NCBI GenBank assembly: GCA_035710585.1
Contig: DASTCZ010000055.1
Span: 1-55,758, forward strand
Direction: 5' to 3'
DNA: 55,758 bases
From: Candidatus Acidiferrales bacterium
GTDB taxonomy: Bacteria; Acidobacteriota; Terriglobia; Acidiferrales; UBA7541
Part shown: positions 1 through 9,496 of the stretch, in pieces
Numbering within the stretch: the stretch's first letter is position 1
Layout: every line of letters starts with the position of its first letter
Program-made: the position numbers and the translations under genes
Notes under the pieces: generated by a model
Database searches by the model: none
The model's input: the letters and a program-made list of their open reading frames with translations, nothing else
What the model was told of the DNA's origin: nothing

Positions 1-581
1 GCTGCCGTATGAATCTGCTGTTTTGCTTCGGAGAGCAGCCGCGCAACTTGCCGCGCCATTTGCAGCGAGGCCTCGGTCGAAGGGCTGTTCATCACCACGA
101 GGTTCCCGCTCGCGGGCCCCGTTTTCATGGCGTCGTCGGCGAGAGGCTCCTGTGTTTGATTGGAGGAAATACTGCTTTCGGGCAGCGCTGCGGCGGCGGT
201 CTCCGGAAATGGAAACCAGTCGGCCGGAGGAAATGCGATTCCCCAAAAATTGCCCGGAATTTCCAATTCCACGCCTACCTGGAAGAGCTCGCGTACGGTC
301 CGCGGGCGTTGGATCCAAGTTACCCGGCCACGTACGGCGCGCGGCGGATTTCCGGCTTCGGGATGGGGCACTTCCAGCGTGATCCACATATTCTTCAGGA
401 CGTAGTGCTTGGACTGGTAGCGGCAGCCGTGGCAATTGATCATGAGCGTTGAAGTGCGCTCTTGAAACGGCCGGCCCAGCGCGTCCACACCCGTGACGGC
501 GAGCGGCACGGCTTGCACGATTCGCGTGCTGCGGCGCTTGCGCAGCTCAGGCTGCTGATTGGACGCTGGATCCTGAATCAT
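1..581 (-). CDS. PilZ-like domain protein (partial; 3' end runs off the window edge)
   Basis: The minus-strand frame is open from the ATG at 579-581 to base 1. It is absent from the ORF track because there is no stop in the window. My translation is MIQDPASNQQPELRKRRSTRIVQAVPLAVTGVDALGRPFQERTSTLMINCHGCRY... It has an RxxxR motif (RKRRSTR) followed by a degenerate D/NxSxxG-like segment (INCHGC). Confidence 0.5.
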   Translation of the reverse strand, partial: MIQDPASNQQPELRKRRSTRIVQAVPLAVTGVDALGRPFQERTSTLMINCHGCRYQSKHYVLKNMWITLEVPHPEAGNPPRAVRGRVTWIQRPRTVRELFQVGVELEIPGNFWGIAFPPADWFPFPETAAAALPESSISSNQTQEPLADDAMKTGPASGNLVVMNSPSTEASLQMARQVARLLSEAKQQIHTA

Positions 582-711
582 GACCCCACTTCGATTTCCG
601 CCGTTAACCGGCGAAAATCCCCAAGGAATGCCATAGATTAGCGTGCCGGAGCGGCACTTGACGCTAACTCCGGCGGATTCAGTGCGAAAGAGTCAATAAA
701 AACGAGCGACG

Positions 712-1029
712 TCAGCGGGTGGGTGCTGGCGGCGCAGCTTTTCGGCTGCCTCGGAAAATACCGGCGATTTCGCGAGCGACCCAGAGCGGGCCAACTAGAA
801 AATACATCGGCCCCTGGAAAAATGCAGGATGATTGCCCTCGATTTTGTGGCCGCCAAAAAGCATCAGCCACCCGGCGACAAACAGCGCAAGGCCCACCTT
901 CCATCGCAAGAGGATGAGAAGGATTACTCCCGCAAAGATGAGCGGAATCCCGATACCGTGGAGGACACGGTTCCACGAGTTGTGATGCTCTTCCTCGTAT
1001 CGCGCCATGTATTCCGCGAGGCTCGCCAT
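712..1029 (-). CDS. DUF962 / Mpo1-like small membrane protein
   Basis: 105 aa. It carries the motif YEEEHHNSWNRVLHGIGIPLIF (H..N...H..GIP) and two or three hydrophobic helices. Confidence 0.7.
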   Translation of the reverse strand: MASLAEYMARYEEEHHNSWNRVLHGIGIPLIFAGVILLILLRWKVGLALFVAGWLMLFGGHKIEGNHPAFFQGPMYFLVGPLWVAREIAGIFRGSRKAAPPAPTR

Positions 1030-1052
1030 CGTTCGTCACACCGCCGGAGGTC

Positions 1053-2846
1053 TTAACAGTGGAAATCGTTGAACGTCGAATGCCTGTCTGATCCGTGCTC
1101 CAGCGCCAAATCTCGGCGGTCGTAATCGAGGTGCACCGCGGACATCACCATCATCGCGTTCTGGTCAACCATGCGCATTGTGACCGGACGATCGGGTTCA
1201 GTTTGGATCGACGGGAAAAGTTCTGAGACGAGGAAATGTCGGCAAGCAAGTGGGGGAAAATCGCCGATATTCTTTTCCGCGATCAATCCGGACGGCCCAA
1301 AGAGTTGCAGCTTCGGTGAACCGGTTTTCTCGTCCTGGAATTCAATATTCATGACCGCGAGGACGGCGTCACGTTGGCGCTTCCCCGCGCTTCCCCGGAT
1401 CTGGCAATCGGTCACGATGTAATCGGTTGCCACGCCGCCGCGCTCCTCCACCAGCCGGTACTTCATGTGATTCTGTCCACCGGGGCGGAAATGCGTAAAA
1501 GCCGAACGGTTCCAGTTGTTCGCATGAACTTCTACTTTGAGCAGCGAATGCGAAGTCCCGGGGATGGTACCGACGCCGAGCCCACCGGAGTACCCGGCCG
1601 GCAGAGGCAGTCCGCGTGCATCCACGCGGACGCTTTGGAACGGCGAAAGGCGCACGAGCCCTTGATCGATCAGGGCCGCCGGCTGCACCCGGGAGCGCAG
1701 GTTTTCGTCCTTGTTCGAAACCCACGCGATATTGCCCTCCGCCGTGGTCGCGAAGGGCATGAGCCAGAGCGCGTCCTCGACCCAGCGGCTGGCGCTCAAA
1801 TAAAACCGCGATTCGAGTTCCACTCCAGCAATCTGCTTTTTGTTGAACAGCAGAGGTGTATAGAGCAGCGCCGTCACCGGGAAATTGCCATTGGGACCAA
1901 AAGGCGTTTGGCGCGCCGGCTTGATTTCACCGTCCGCGGAAAAATGGAGTGGATGCTCTACCGTCCAGGTGCCGCCATCGCGCCCGCGCATCAACGTGTA
2001 CGCGAACGAGACAGCCTCGCTCGTGTTGTGGATGACGACCACGCCTCCATCACTCAGTTTTTTCTCCGCCAGCGGAGTGATCGCCAGCATCTCGCCGGGC
2101 GACGCAAAATTCTTCAGCGTCTCAAACGAGAAAAGCTCCGTGTGGTGCGGCTCCAGGTGGTACGGCCGCTCGACCACTGTCTGCGCCATGCGATCGACAA
2201 TGCGGATCGATCCTTCCGACGCGACATCGTTCGGGTTAAATAAGGAAAACGCGCAGTGATACTCGCTGAGCGACGGAATCGGCATCGAGTAATTGAAATG
2301 TCCGATGGCCTGTTGCGGTGCTGCAGGGTGCGCGTGGACATTGTCAAAATTTTTTTCCGTCTGCCAGCGAACGAATCCGGCGCTGAAGAGATCACCCGCG
2401 TGACTTACCTGATTGGCTGAGGGCGCGGTGCGAATTCTTGCGCCGCCCCAAAATTCCGAACGGCCTGCGAGCTGCGCCACTTCCACCATCGTAGTGTGCA
2501 GAGCGGGAATGTCGAGCCGTCCGTTCCGATCCAGCCGAATTTCGTTCCCCTTCGGATCGTAGGCAACGATCTGATACGCCGTTTGATTGTTGGGATCGCG
2601 GTAGCCATCCACGCCGGGAAAACAAGTTGCGGTGAGCAGAATTTGCGTTTCGATTCCTAACGCCTTATTCGACAAAACAAACGGAGCGGCAACGTCCAGC
2701 CAGCACGCATCGGGTGCGATGTTCGCGCGCCGTTCGCGGAGGGTTGCCAGGTCTGTTACGGCATGCGGTACTGCAGCCTGAGCAGACGCGGCGACAAACG
2801 ACCCCGCGAGGCTACCCAGAAAGGTACGCCGGTCAATCGTTCTCAT
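1053..2846 (-). CDS. Tat-exported protein of unknown function
   Basis: 597 aa. The N-terminus MRTIDRRTFLGSLAGSFVAASAQA is a twin-arginine signal (RRTFL followed by AxA). I recognise no catalytic motif. Confidence 0.75.
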   Translation of the reverse strand: MRTIDRRTFLGSLAGSFVAASAQAAVPHAVTDLATLRERRANIAPDACWLDVAAPFVLSNKALGIETQILLTATCFPGVDGYRDPNNQTAYQIVAYDPKGNEIRLDRNGRLDIPALHTTMVEVAQLAGRSEFWGGARIRTAPSANQVSHAGDLFSAGFVRWQTEKNFDNVHAHPAAPQQAIGHFNYSMPIPSLSEYHCAFSLFNPNDVASEGSIRIVDRMAQTVVERPYHLEPHHTELFSFETLKNFASPGEMLAITPLAEKKLSDGGVVVIHNTSEAVSFAYTLMRGRDGGTWTVEHPLHFSADGEIKPARQTPFGPNGNFPVTALLYTPLLFNKKQIAGVELESRFYLSASRWVEDALWLMPFATTAEGNIAWVSNKDENLRSRVQPAALIDQGLVRLSPFQSVRVDARGLPLPAGYSGGLGVGTIPGTSHSLLKVEVHANNWNRSAFTHFRPGGQNHMKYRLVEERGGVATDYIVTDCQIRGSAGKRQRDAVLAVMNIEFQDEKTGSPKLQLFGPSGLIAEKNIGDFPPLACRHFLVSELFPSIQTEPDRPVTMRMVDQNAMMVMSAVHLDYDRRDLALEHGSDRHSTFNDFHC

Positions 2847-2975
2847 GATTCCCCACCCCTATGAATGCACTGCGGAACAACAATCTATGATCGAGCAACC
2901 GAACTTCTTATGGATTTTCTATACGCTGTCAGATGGGGGAGCGCAAGGAGAAAGTTGCAATTTCTCCGCAGAAAA

Positions 2976-3575
2976 CTACAGTTCCCGCCGGCCTTCCATG
3001 GCCTTGAGCATGGTCACTTCGTCGGCATATTCGAGGTCGGAGCCCACCGGAATTCCCACTCCGATGCGCGTCACGCGCACGCCGAGCGGCTTGATCAGTT
3101 TCGAAAGATACACCGCGGTCGCCTCGCCTTCGGCGGTCGGGTTTGTCGCGATGATGATTTCCTCCACGCCACCGCCCTTTAGGCGTTCGACGAGGCTGCG
3201 TATCTTGAGCTGCTCGGGGCCGATGCCCTGCAACGGCGCAAGTGCCCCACCGAGCACGTGGTACATCCCGCTGAATTGCCGTGTTTTTTCGATCGCCAGA
3301 ATATTCACCGGCTCCTCGACCACGCATATCGTCCGGCGATTGCGCGTAGCGGATGAGCAGTAGAGGCACGGATCGGCGTCCGTGATGTTGTTGCAGACGG
3401 AACACTCGCGCACGTTGAGCTTTGCTTCGCGGATCGCGTCCGCCAGCGCGATCGCATCTTCCGGCTTCGTTCGCAGTAGAAAAAACGCCAGCCGCTGCGC
3501 GGATTTCTGCCCGATGCCCGGGAGATGCTTCAGCTCGTTGATCAGGCGCTCGATGGGCGCGGCGAAATCAGGCAT
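2976..3575 (-). CDS. recR: Recombination protein RecR
   Basis: 199 aa. It has the HhH motif [17 protein letters not shown], the zinc-finger [16 protein letters not shown] and a Toprim-like C-terminus. Synteny with dnaX and ybaB supports the call. Confidence 0.95.
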   Translation of the reverse strand: MPDFAAPIERLINELKHLPGIGQKSAQRLAFFLLRTKPEDAIALADAIREAKLNVRECSVCNNITDADPCLYCSSATRNRRTICVVEEPVNILAIEKTRQFSGMYHVLGGALAPLQGIGPEQLKIRSLVERLKGGGVEEIIIATNPTAEGEATAVYLSKLIKPLGVRVTRIGVGIPVGSDLEYADEVTMLKAMEGRREL

Positions 3576-3621
3576 GTGTATCCTGTCTGAGGAATAAGAA
3601 AAATGCGGAAAAAGTGTTGCT

Positions 3622-3948
3622 TCAGAAAAGCCCGGGGATCTTCAGTCCCCCCAACGTCTGCATCTGCGAACCGAGACTCTTCATCTGCTTGCTCAGTTCT
3701 TCGTCCACCCGGCGCGAGGCTTCGTTCACCGCCGCGCGCACCAAGTCCTGCAGCATCTCCTGGTCCTTGCTCGCGAAAACTTCCGGCTCGATCTTCAGCG
3801 ATGTGATCATTTTCTGGCCGTTCATCTGCACCGCGACCATGCCTCCGCCGGCCGATGCCTCTACGTGCACCGAGTCCACTTGCTTTTGCAGACTCTCCTG
3901 CATCTGCCGGAACTGCGTCAGCATCTGCTGCAGCGCTTTGACTTCCAT
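3622..3948 (-). CDS. ybaB: Nucleoid-associated protein YbaB/EbfC
   Basis: 108 aa. It contains the ...[28 protein letters not shown]...DQEMLQDLV pattern typical of the family. It lies 2 nt downstream of dnaX. Confidence 0.9.
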   Translation of the reverse strand: MEVKALQQMLTQFRQMQESLQKQVDSVHVEASAGGGMVAVQMNGQKMITSLKIEPEVFASKDQEMLQDLVRAAVNEASRRVDEELSKQMKSLGSQMQTLGGLKIPGLF

Positions 3949-3950
3949 CG

Positions 3951-5747
3951 CTAGCCCCCGCTCCGCCGCTTCACTTCCGAAATCTGTCCGCCGAATCTTT
4001 CGAGCATCGCCCTCACAACTGGGTCTTGCTCGAACTGCGCGCGTAATTCCGGCGCTCCCCCGACTGCTCGCGCCGCAGATTTCACCGGCGCCGAATCCAT
4101 TTTAACACACACGCGAACCGGCAAGCCGATCACTTCGCTGGTGATCGCCCGCAACTTTTCCGAAGGGCCGCGTCCTCCAAGCATGTCAGCCAGCGCGCGG
4201 CTCTCCGCGGGAAAGTACAACCGCATCTCGCTGCCTTCCAGTTCCCAGCGGCTGGCATGCTCGATAATTTCGGCGAGAAATTTTTGCTGCCGCAGCACTG
4301 CCGCCTTGATCGCTTCCACTTGCGCCGCTTCGATCCCGCTCATTATCCCGGCCGAGCGCGCAACAATGCTTGGCGGAGCCGATGCAATCGGAACGGCTTT
4401 CTGCGTTGCTGTAAAAGCATTCGAGTGAGAGTCTGCTTTAGGCAAATTTTCAGCCCCGCTCGCCGATTCGAGGCTCGCGGATGCATTTGCCGCGACGGAT
4501 GCTCGTGCGGAGCCGCTCGCAGTCATTGTGGCCGGTATCGAGTTTTCCGTCTCTGCCGGCTTTTCCGTGTCTGTCGGCGACATTTTTCGGCCGCTCGCCG
4601 CGCTCGCGGTACCTGAATCTCCCCGCATCTCGGCCATCAGTTCTTCCAGTGGAGCGAGGCGCGAAGCGTTCACCATCCGCAGTAGACCCATTTCGAGGTG
4701 CAGCCGCGGGTCCGGCTTGCGGCGCAGGTCGTCATCCGTCGAAAGTAGGATCTGGAAGTACCGCGTCAAATCTTCTTCAGAAAAAGTTTCTGCATCGCGC
4801 TTCAGTCGCGGCCGCTGATCGGGAGTAGCGGCGATCAAGTCGGAATCCGCGCCACACACACGCGCTATTAAAAGATTGCGGAAATGGCGGATCGCTTCGC
4901 GGCAAAAATGTTGCAGGTTGCGGCCTTCCGATTGAAAGCGGTGGACGAGCCCAAGCGTGCGCTCTGCGGAGCCCTCCCGAATCGCGCCGACGAGTTCTTC
5001 CAGCACTTCTTCGGGAACCACTCCCAGCAAATCGCGGACTTGCGCATCCGTAATGTCTTCGCCGCTGTACGCGCGCGCCTGTTCCAGCAGCGACAGCGCA
5101 TCGCGAACGCTGCCTTCGGCGGCTCGCGCCATTACTGCAAGAGCTTCCGGTTCGGCTCGCAGCCCCTCTTTCTTCGCTACGTCGGCCAGCGCGGCCGTAA
5201 TCTCCTGGAATTGCAACGCCCGGAAATGAAAATGCTGCGAGCGGGAGCGGATCGTATCGGCCAGAGCCTCCGGTTCCGTCGTGGCCATTACGAAAATCAC
5301 ACGATCGGGCGGTTCTTCCAGCGTCTTGAGGAGCGCATTGGACGCTTCGTCCGTCAGCATGTGCGCCTCGTCGAGGATGATGACCTTGTACCGTCCTGAA
5401 GCCGGCGCGTAGCGCACCATGTCGCGCAATTCGCGGATTTGGTCGATGCCGCGGTTTGACGCGGCGTCGATTTCGATTACATCGAGCGAATTTCCGGCCG
5501 TAATTTCCTTGCACGAATCGCAAGTGTTGTCCGGAGTCGGCGTCGGGCCCTTTGCGCAGTTCAGCGCCTTGGCCAGAATTCGAGCCGTCGTAGTCTTTCC
5601 AACTCCGCGCGCACCGGAGAAGATATATGCGTGGGCGATCCGTCCGCTGCGGATCGCGTTTTGCAGCGTTTGAGTCACGTGCTGCTGCCCGATCACGTCC
5701 TCAAACGTCTGCGGCCTGAATTTTCGCGCGATAACCTGGTAAGCCAT
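3951..5747 (-). CDS. dnaX: DNA polymerase III subunit gamma/tau
   Basis: 598 aa. It has Walker A GARGVGKTT, a zinc module CDSC, Walker B ILDEAHML and sensor SRSQ. The central linker is long and low-complexity. Confidence 0.95.
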   Translation of the reverse strand: MAYQVIARKFRPQTFEDVIGQQHVTQTLQNAIRSGRIAHAYIFSGARGVGKTTTARILAKALNCAKGPTPTPDNTCDSCKEITAGNSLDVIEIDAASNRGIDQIRELRDMVRYAPASGRYKVIILDEAHMLTDEASNALLKTLEEPPDRVIFVMATTEPEALADTIRSRSQHFHFRALQFQEITAALADVAKKEGLRAEPEALAVMARAAEGSVRDALSLLEQARAYSGEDITDAQVRDLLGVVPEEVLEELVGAIREGSAERTLGLVHRFQSEGRNLQHFCREAIRHFRNLLIARVCGADSDLIAATPDQRPRLKRDAETFSEEDLTRYFQILLSTDDDLRRKPDPRLHLEMGLLRMVNASRLAPLEELMAEMRGDSGTASAASGRKMSPTDTEKPAETENSIPATMTASGSARASVAANASASLESASGAENLPKADSHSNAFTATQKAVPIASAPPSIVARSAGIMSGIEAAQVEAIKAAVLRQQKFLAEIIEHASRWELEGSEMRLYFPAESRALADMLGGRGPSEKLRAITSEVIGLPVRVCVKMDSAPVKSAARAVGGAPELRAQFEQDPVVRAMLERFGGQISEVKRRSGG

Positions 5748-5804
5748 TCCGTCTTTCCGCTCGACTACTTTCTGTTGCGCTGCCTATAAAATAAAAAACG
5801 ATGA

Positions 5805-5912
5805 GAGGAACTTCGGGTACTCCGCGGCACACGCCGTGATCCCGGTACCGTTGCTCCCTTCCGGGCCTGGCGGGGTTCGCGGGACGTCGTTGCACAGAGC
5901 CCGAAGTTCCAC
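5805..5912 (-). ncRNA. ffs: Signal recognition particle RNA (small/4.5S type)
   Basis: The minus-strand sequence is GGAACTTCGGGCTCTGTGCAACG...CGCCAGGCCCGGAAGGGAGCAACGG...GGCGTGTGCCGCGGAGTACCCGAAGTTCC. Its terminal helix is GGAACTTCGGG/CCCGAAGTTCC. The domain IV motifs CAGGnCCGGAAGGnAGCA and GCGTGTGCC match E. coli 4.5S RNA. A T-run follows, and the position upstream of dnaX is the canonical one. Confidence 0.85.
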
Positions 5913-6250
5913 GCATCGGCGATGACGTCGCGTTTCATTCGCGCGGCATCGCTGCGACGCAGTCTAGCACACCGCTGTACACGCCGGAACGCGTCCGCTA
6001 TCTGAAAACGAGCGCGAAGAATTTGCTTTGCAAGAGTCCCAGCCTTTGTTCTTTGGAACGGCGGCCGATATTCTTTCTTCCGGCGTTCCCCTCAGAGGCG
6101 GTATCGTCGTCGCAAGTTCGTGCCCGCCGCCTCCCGGCTCGCGCCGCCCGATCTCTCCGCCGCGCCAGCGGAATACCCCACGTGACGGGGCAATCCTTCG
6201 CGTCAACGCGAACCCGTGTTTCTGCATCACACGGGACCATGGAGGAATCA

Positions 6251-6964
6251 ATGAAGCGTTGTGTCCTGGCGGTCCTGGCCCTGGCGGTTTTCGCCGCTGC
6301 AATTCCCGTCGCCGCGCAGAATCTGAATACCGTTGTTGCCGGCACAGAAATCCACCTCTCCCTTCAAAACAAATTGACGACCGCTTTCGCGCACGCCGGC
6401 GATCCGTTCGTCGCCGTCGTCACCGATCCGGTCTATGTGGATAGCCTGCTCGTAATTCCCGCAGGCACTCGGATCACGGGAATCGTCGGCGCCGTGGTTG
6501 AGCCGCGCCACTTTGCGCTCTTCCGCGGTGAAGCGGCGATGAACCTGAACTTCCGCAACATACAGATCAGCGGCAGAGACGTGCCGGTGCAGATGAGCAT
6601 CCTCGACATCATCAAGCGCAGCTCCAACGGCACGGGCCGATATCGCCACGACGTGAAATTGGAGGAAGGTTCGGTCATCGAGCAGAAGCACGACATCAAG
6701 GGCGATGTGATTGCAGGCACGATCGGCACAGGTGGAGCAACACTTATCGGAACGCTTGCGCGCCACGCAGCGGGCGGATTCGGAATCGGCTTGGCAGGTA
6801 GCGCGATTTACGTCATTCAGCGAAAAGGCAAAGACGTCGTGTTGCCTGCAGAAACAGGCATGGTCGTCAGACTCGATAACAAGCTGTTGCTGCCGACGGT
6901 CAATTCGACGGTTGCGAATTCGACTTCGCCGGCCCCTGTCGCCCCGGCAGGTCAGAACAACTAA
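6251..6964 (+). CDS. Secreted hypothetical protein with C-terminal glycine-zipper segment
   Basis: I place the start at the ATG at 6251, behind GGAGGA (6241-6246), rather than at the track start 6023. The signal peptide is MKRCVLAVLALAVFAAAIPVAAQ. The Gly-zipper-like segment is GTIGTGGATLIGTLARHAAGGFGIGLAGSAI. Confidence 0.7.
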   Translation: MKRCVLAVLALAVFAAAIPVAAQNLNTVVAGTEIHLSLQNKLTTAFAHAGDPFVAVVTDPVYVDSLLVIPAGTRITGIVGAVVEPRHFALFRGEAAMNLNFRNIQISGRDVPVQMSILDIIKRSSNGTGRYRHDVKLEEGSVIEQKHDIKGDVIAGTIGTGGATLIGTLARHAAGGFGIGLAGSAIYVIQRKGKDVVLPAETGMVVRLDNKLLLPTVNSTVANSTSPAPVAPAGQNN

Positions 6965-7076
6965 ACGCGCCCGTATTTCTATCAATCGCAGGTCGATCGA
7001 GACAGTTTCGTACGGGTGTGGCCGGCCGCCAGGGGCCCGGAACACGCTCCCGCAAGCTGACGGATGATGGCTTGGC

Positions 7077-7445
7077 TTAGGACTTCGATTTATTCTTGCG
7101 CGGGAATGATATTCCCCATACATCCCCGCTTTCCATGAGGATTGCGCCTGCGATACACAACTCTCCCCGTCGCTCTACGTGTGCGATCTGAAACGTTCTG
7201 GGACCCAGGTGCACGCGCTTCCTGACTTCGAGCGAAACGACGTCTCCCTTTTTCAACTGGTGTGCGGATTCAAAACAGCAGCCCTCTTCGCTCACATTCA
7301 GTGTGCGAGTTTCCTCGGCAAAATACTGGCCCTCCGAAATCCCGCGAATCGTAATCGGATATACGATTCCGACGCGCACACCTCGCCGGCGATCGTCGTG
7401 CACCTCTTCGACTAAGCTTTGCCAGTTTCTTGCCGTGCCGGTCAT
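7077..7445 (-). CDS. PilZ domain protein (c-di-GMP receptor type)
   Basis: 122 aa. It has the canonical PilZ motifs RRRGVR (RxxxR) and NVSEEG (D/NxSxxG). It lies 27 nt downstream of the sigma54 activator gene. Confidence 0.8.
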   Translation of the reverse strand: MTGTARNWQSLVEEVHDDRRRGVRVGIVYPITIRGISEGQYFAEETRTLNVSEEGCCFESAHQLKKGDVVSLEVRKRVHLGPRTFQIAHVERRGELCIAGAILMESGDVWGISFPRKNKSKS

Positions 7446-7472
7446 GTCTTGTTAGAACCCGAAGATTCTTGA

Positions 7473-8903
7473 TCAGGCGCCAAACGCGGCCGCGCTCTTG
7501 GCGGATTGTTTTGCAGTTCGCTTTAGGTGCCTGTAAAGACTAGTTCGGCCGATACCGAGTAGTTGCGCGGCCTTGACGCGATTGTCTTTGCAAAATTGCA
7601 GCACTCGCTCGATGTGAACGCGCTTTATCTCCTCTAAAGGCAGAGCGCGCCAACTTTCCTCGCCATTGGCGGCGCGCATTGCAGGACGTTGCAAATTCTC
7701 CGGAAATTCTGCGAGATCGATGAACTCGCCCGTCGCGCGTATGCAAGCTCCGGAAATTACGTTGTCCAGTTCGCGGACGTTTCCAGGCCAGTTGTACTGC
7801 AGCATCACTGTCTGCGCGCGGCGCGATAAACCAAGGATTTGCTTGTGATAGGCAGCGTTGTATTTTTTCAGGAACGCCTGCACGAGCAGCGGCACGTCCT
7901 CCAGCCGCTCCGCCAAGCTGGGCACCCGGATCTGCACCGTGCTCAACCGGTAGTAAAGGTCTTCGCGAAACCGGCCCGCGACAACTTCCGCGCGCAGGTC
8001 GCGGTTCGTCGCGGCGACCAGCCTCACATCGACGCGCCGAACCTCAGGTGATCCCACACGCTGGATTTCGCGGTTCTGGATGACGCGCAGTAGCTTCGCC
8101 TGCATGCCAAGCGACATTTCGCCGACTTCATCCAGGAATACAGTCCCGCCATTTGCGTACTCGAAGAGTCCCGGCCTGGTTTCCGTGGCGCCGGTGAATG
8201 CGCCGCGGATGTGCCCGAAGAGCTGGCTCTCCAGAAGCGTGTCCACAAGCGCCGAGCAATTGCACACTGCGAATTTCTGCTGGGCCACCGGGCTCATGTG
8301 GTGGATTGCGTGCGCGACCAGTTCTTTGCCCGTGCCCGTCTGTCCCGTGATCAGCACGTTGGTGTAATGCTTCGCCACTTTCCGCGCCAGATCGAACACT
8401 TCGTACATCGCAGGACTTTTGCCGATGATGCCGTGAAAGTTCAGGTCATCGAGCATGCGCGATTCGAGCTCGCGGATGCGCTTCCGCTGGCCGAAGAGGT
8501 CGTTCAACTCGTCGAGGGTCTTCCGTAGGCGTGCGCGATCGACCGGTTTCGCAAGGTAGTCATAAGCTCCGCGTTTGATCGCCTCCACGGCCGCATCCAG
8601 CGAGTAGTGACCCGACATCAAAATCACCTGAACGCCGGGATCGATCTTCAGTGCTGCTTCCAGAAATGCGCGCCCATCCATCTGCGGCATCTTCATGTCT
8701 GAAATGACCACGCGATACCCGCCCGAGCGCACGGCTTCGATGGCCTCAAGCGGATCGGTGGTCCCTTTTGAACCAAATCCCATGTTCCCTAGCGTGTCGC
8801 GGAGTACTTCGATCATTTCTGGGTCGTCATCGAGCACGCAAATCGAGATCGCCCGCTCTCCCAGAGTATCGGCGGCAATTTCCTTCGTAAGTGTTTGGGT
8901 CAT
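7473..8903 (-). CDS. Sigma54-dependent response regulator (NtrC-family enhancer-binding protein)
   Basis: 476 aa. The receiver domain has VLDDD, ISDMKMP and AKP. The AAA+ domain has Walker A GQTGTGKE, the GAFTGA loop and Walker B FLDEVGE. The C-terminus is a Fis-type HTH (AAQLLGIGRTSLYRHLK). Confidence 0.92.
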   Translation of the reverse strand: MTQTLTKEIAADTLGERAISICVLDDDPEMIEVLRDTLGNMGFGSKGTTDPLEAIEAVRSGGYRVVISDMKMPQMDGRAFLEAALKIDPGVQVILMSGHYSLDAAVEAIKRGAYDYLAKPVDRARLRKTLDELNDLFGQRKRIRELESRMLDDLNFHGIIGKSPAMYEVFDLARKVAKHYTNVLITGQTGTGKELVAHAIHHMSPVAQQKFAVCNCSALVDTLLESQLFGHIRGAFTGATETRPGLFEYANGGTVFLDEVGEMSLGMQAKLLRVIQNREIQRVGSPEVRRVDVRLVAATNRDLRAEVVAGRFREDLYYRLSTVQIRVPSLAERLEDVPLLVQAFLKKYNAAYHKQILGLSRRAQTVMLQYNWPGNVRELDNVISGACIRATGEFIDLAEFPENLQRPAMRAANGEESWRALPLEEIKRVHIERVLQFCKDNRVKAAQLLGIGRTSLYRHLKRTAKQSAKSAAAFGA

Positions 8904-9174
8904 GCAGAAACACGGGCACGGTGTGTGCCACTGTAAGGCTCAACCGAGATCGACTCACGGGCTCGCACACCCACATCCATCCGCTGGCGACTGATGTTCG
9001 GAACTGCTTAAATTGGAGGGAGTTGCTTCAGTGATTGCTTCGAGCGAGACGCGATGGATTTATTCTTTCGCTGAAAGACTCGGCTAGCCTACAAATTGAG
9101 CGAATCCGATTTGGGTCGCAGGCTGCAGAAAGTGTTCCAAAACCGGATTCGCTCGCATGCTCTGTTGGGCTTTC

Positions 9175-9384
9175 TTAGTTTTGGGGACCAGCGCCGCAAG
9201 CCGTGACGTCATCTGTCCAATCGTCTCCGGTGAGCATTACGTCAATCGCTGCATCTTTTCCGCCCAGATACAATTCCCGAATCTGCTCTTCGCTGCATCC
9301 GAACTCGCGGCAAATTCCGCGCCAGCTCGCCAGCTCGTCAGCGGGTGCAAGTTTTGGTGTTCGCGTTTCCAGTTCGAAGTTCAT
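9175..9384 (-). CDS. Small hypothetical protein (69 aa), candidate sigma54-dependent gene
   Basis: I place the start at the second Met (MNFELETRTPK...), which is preceded by GGAGG and a 6-nt spacer. The track ORF starts 15 nt upstream. I recognise no family. The gene sits about 100 nt downstream of a near-consensus -24/-12 promoter. Confidence 0.45.
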   Translation of the reverse strand: MNFELETRTPKLAPADELASWRGICREFGCSEEQIRELYLGGKDAAIDVMLTGDDWTDDVTACGAGPQN

Positions 9385-9496
9385 TTTGAGCCTCCGCATA
9401 CAGCGTGTTGCGGGACCGCTCCTTTACCTGTAATTACGTTTTCTTCGTCTCGAGGTTCATTTGCTTTGGCGCTCTTGACTCCACATCTATTAGAAG

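Noticed and set aside
6213-6227. The 15-nt sequence CCCGTGTTTCTGCAT occurs upstream of the 6251 gene and, on the minus strand (8902-8916), ends in the activator start codon.
   Set aside because: My estimate is that several 15-nt matches are expected by chance in about 56 kb at this GC content when both strands are counted. There is no extended similarity around it.
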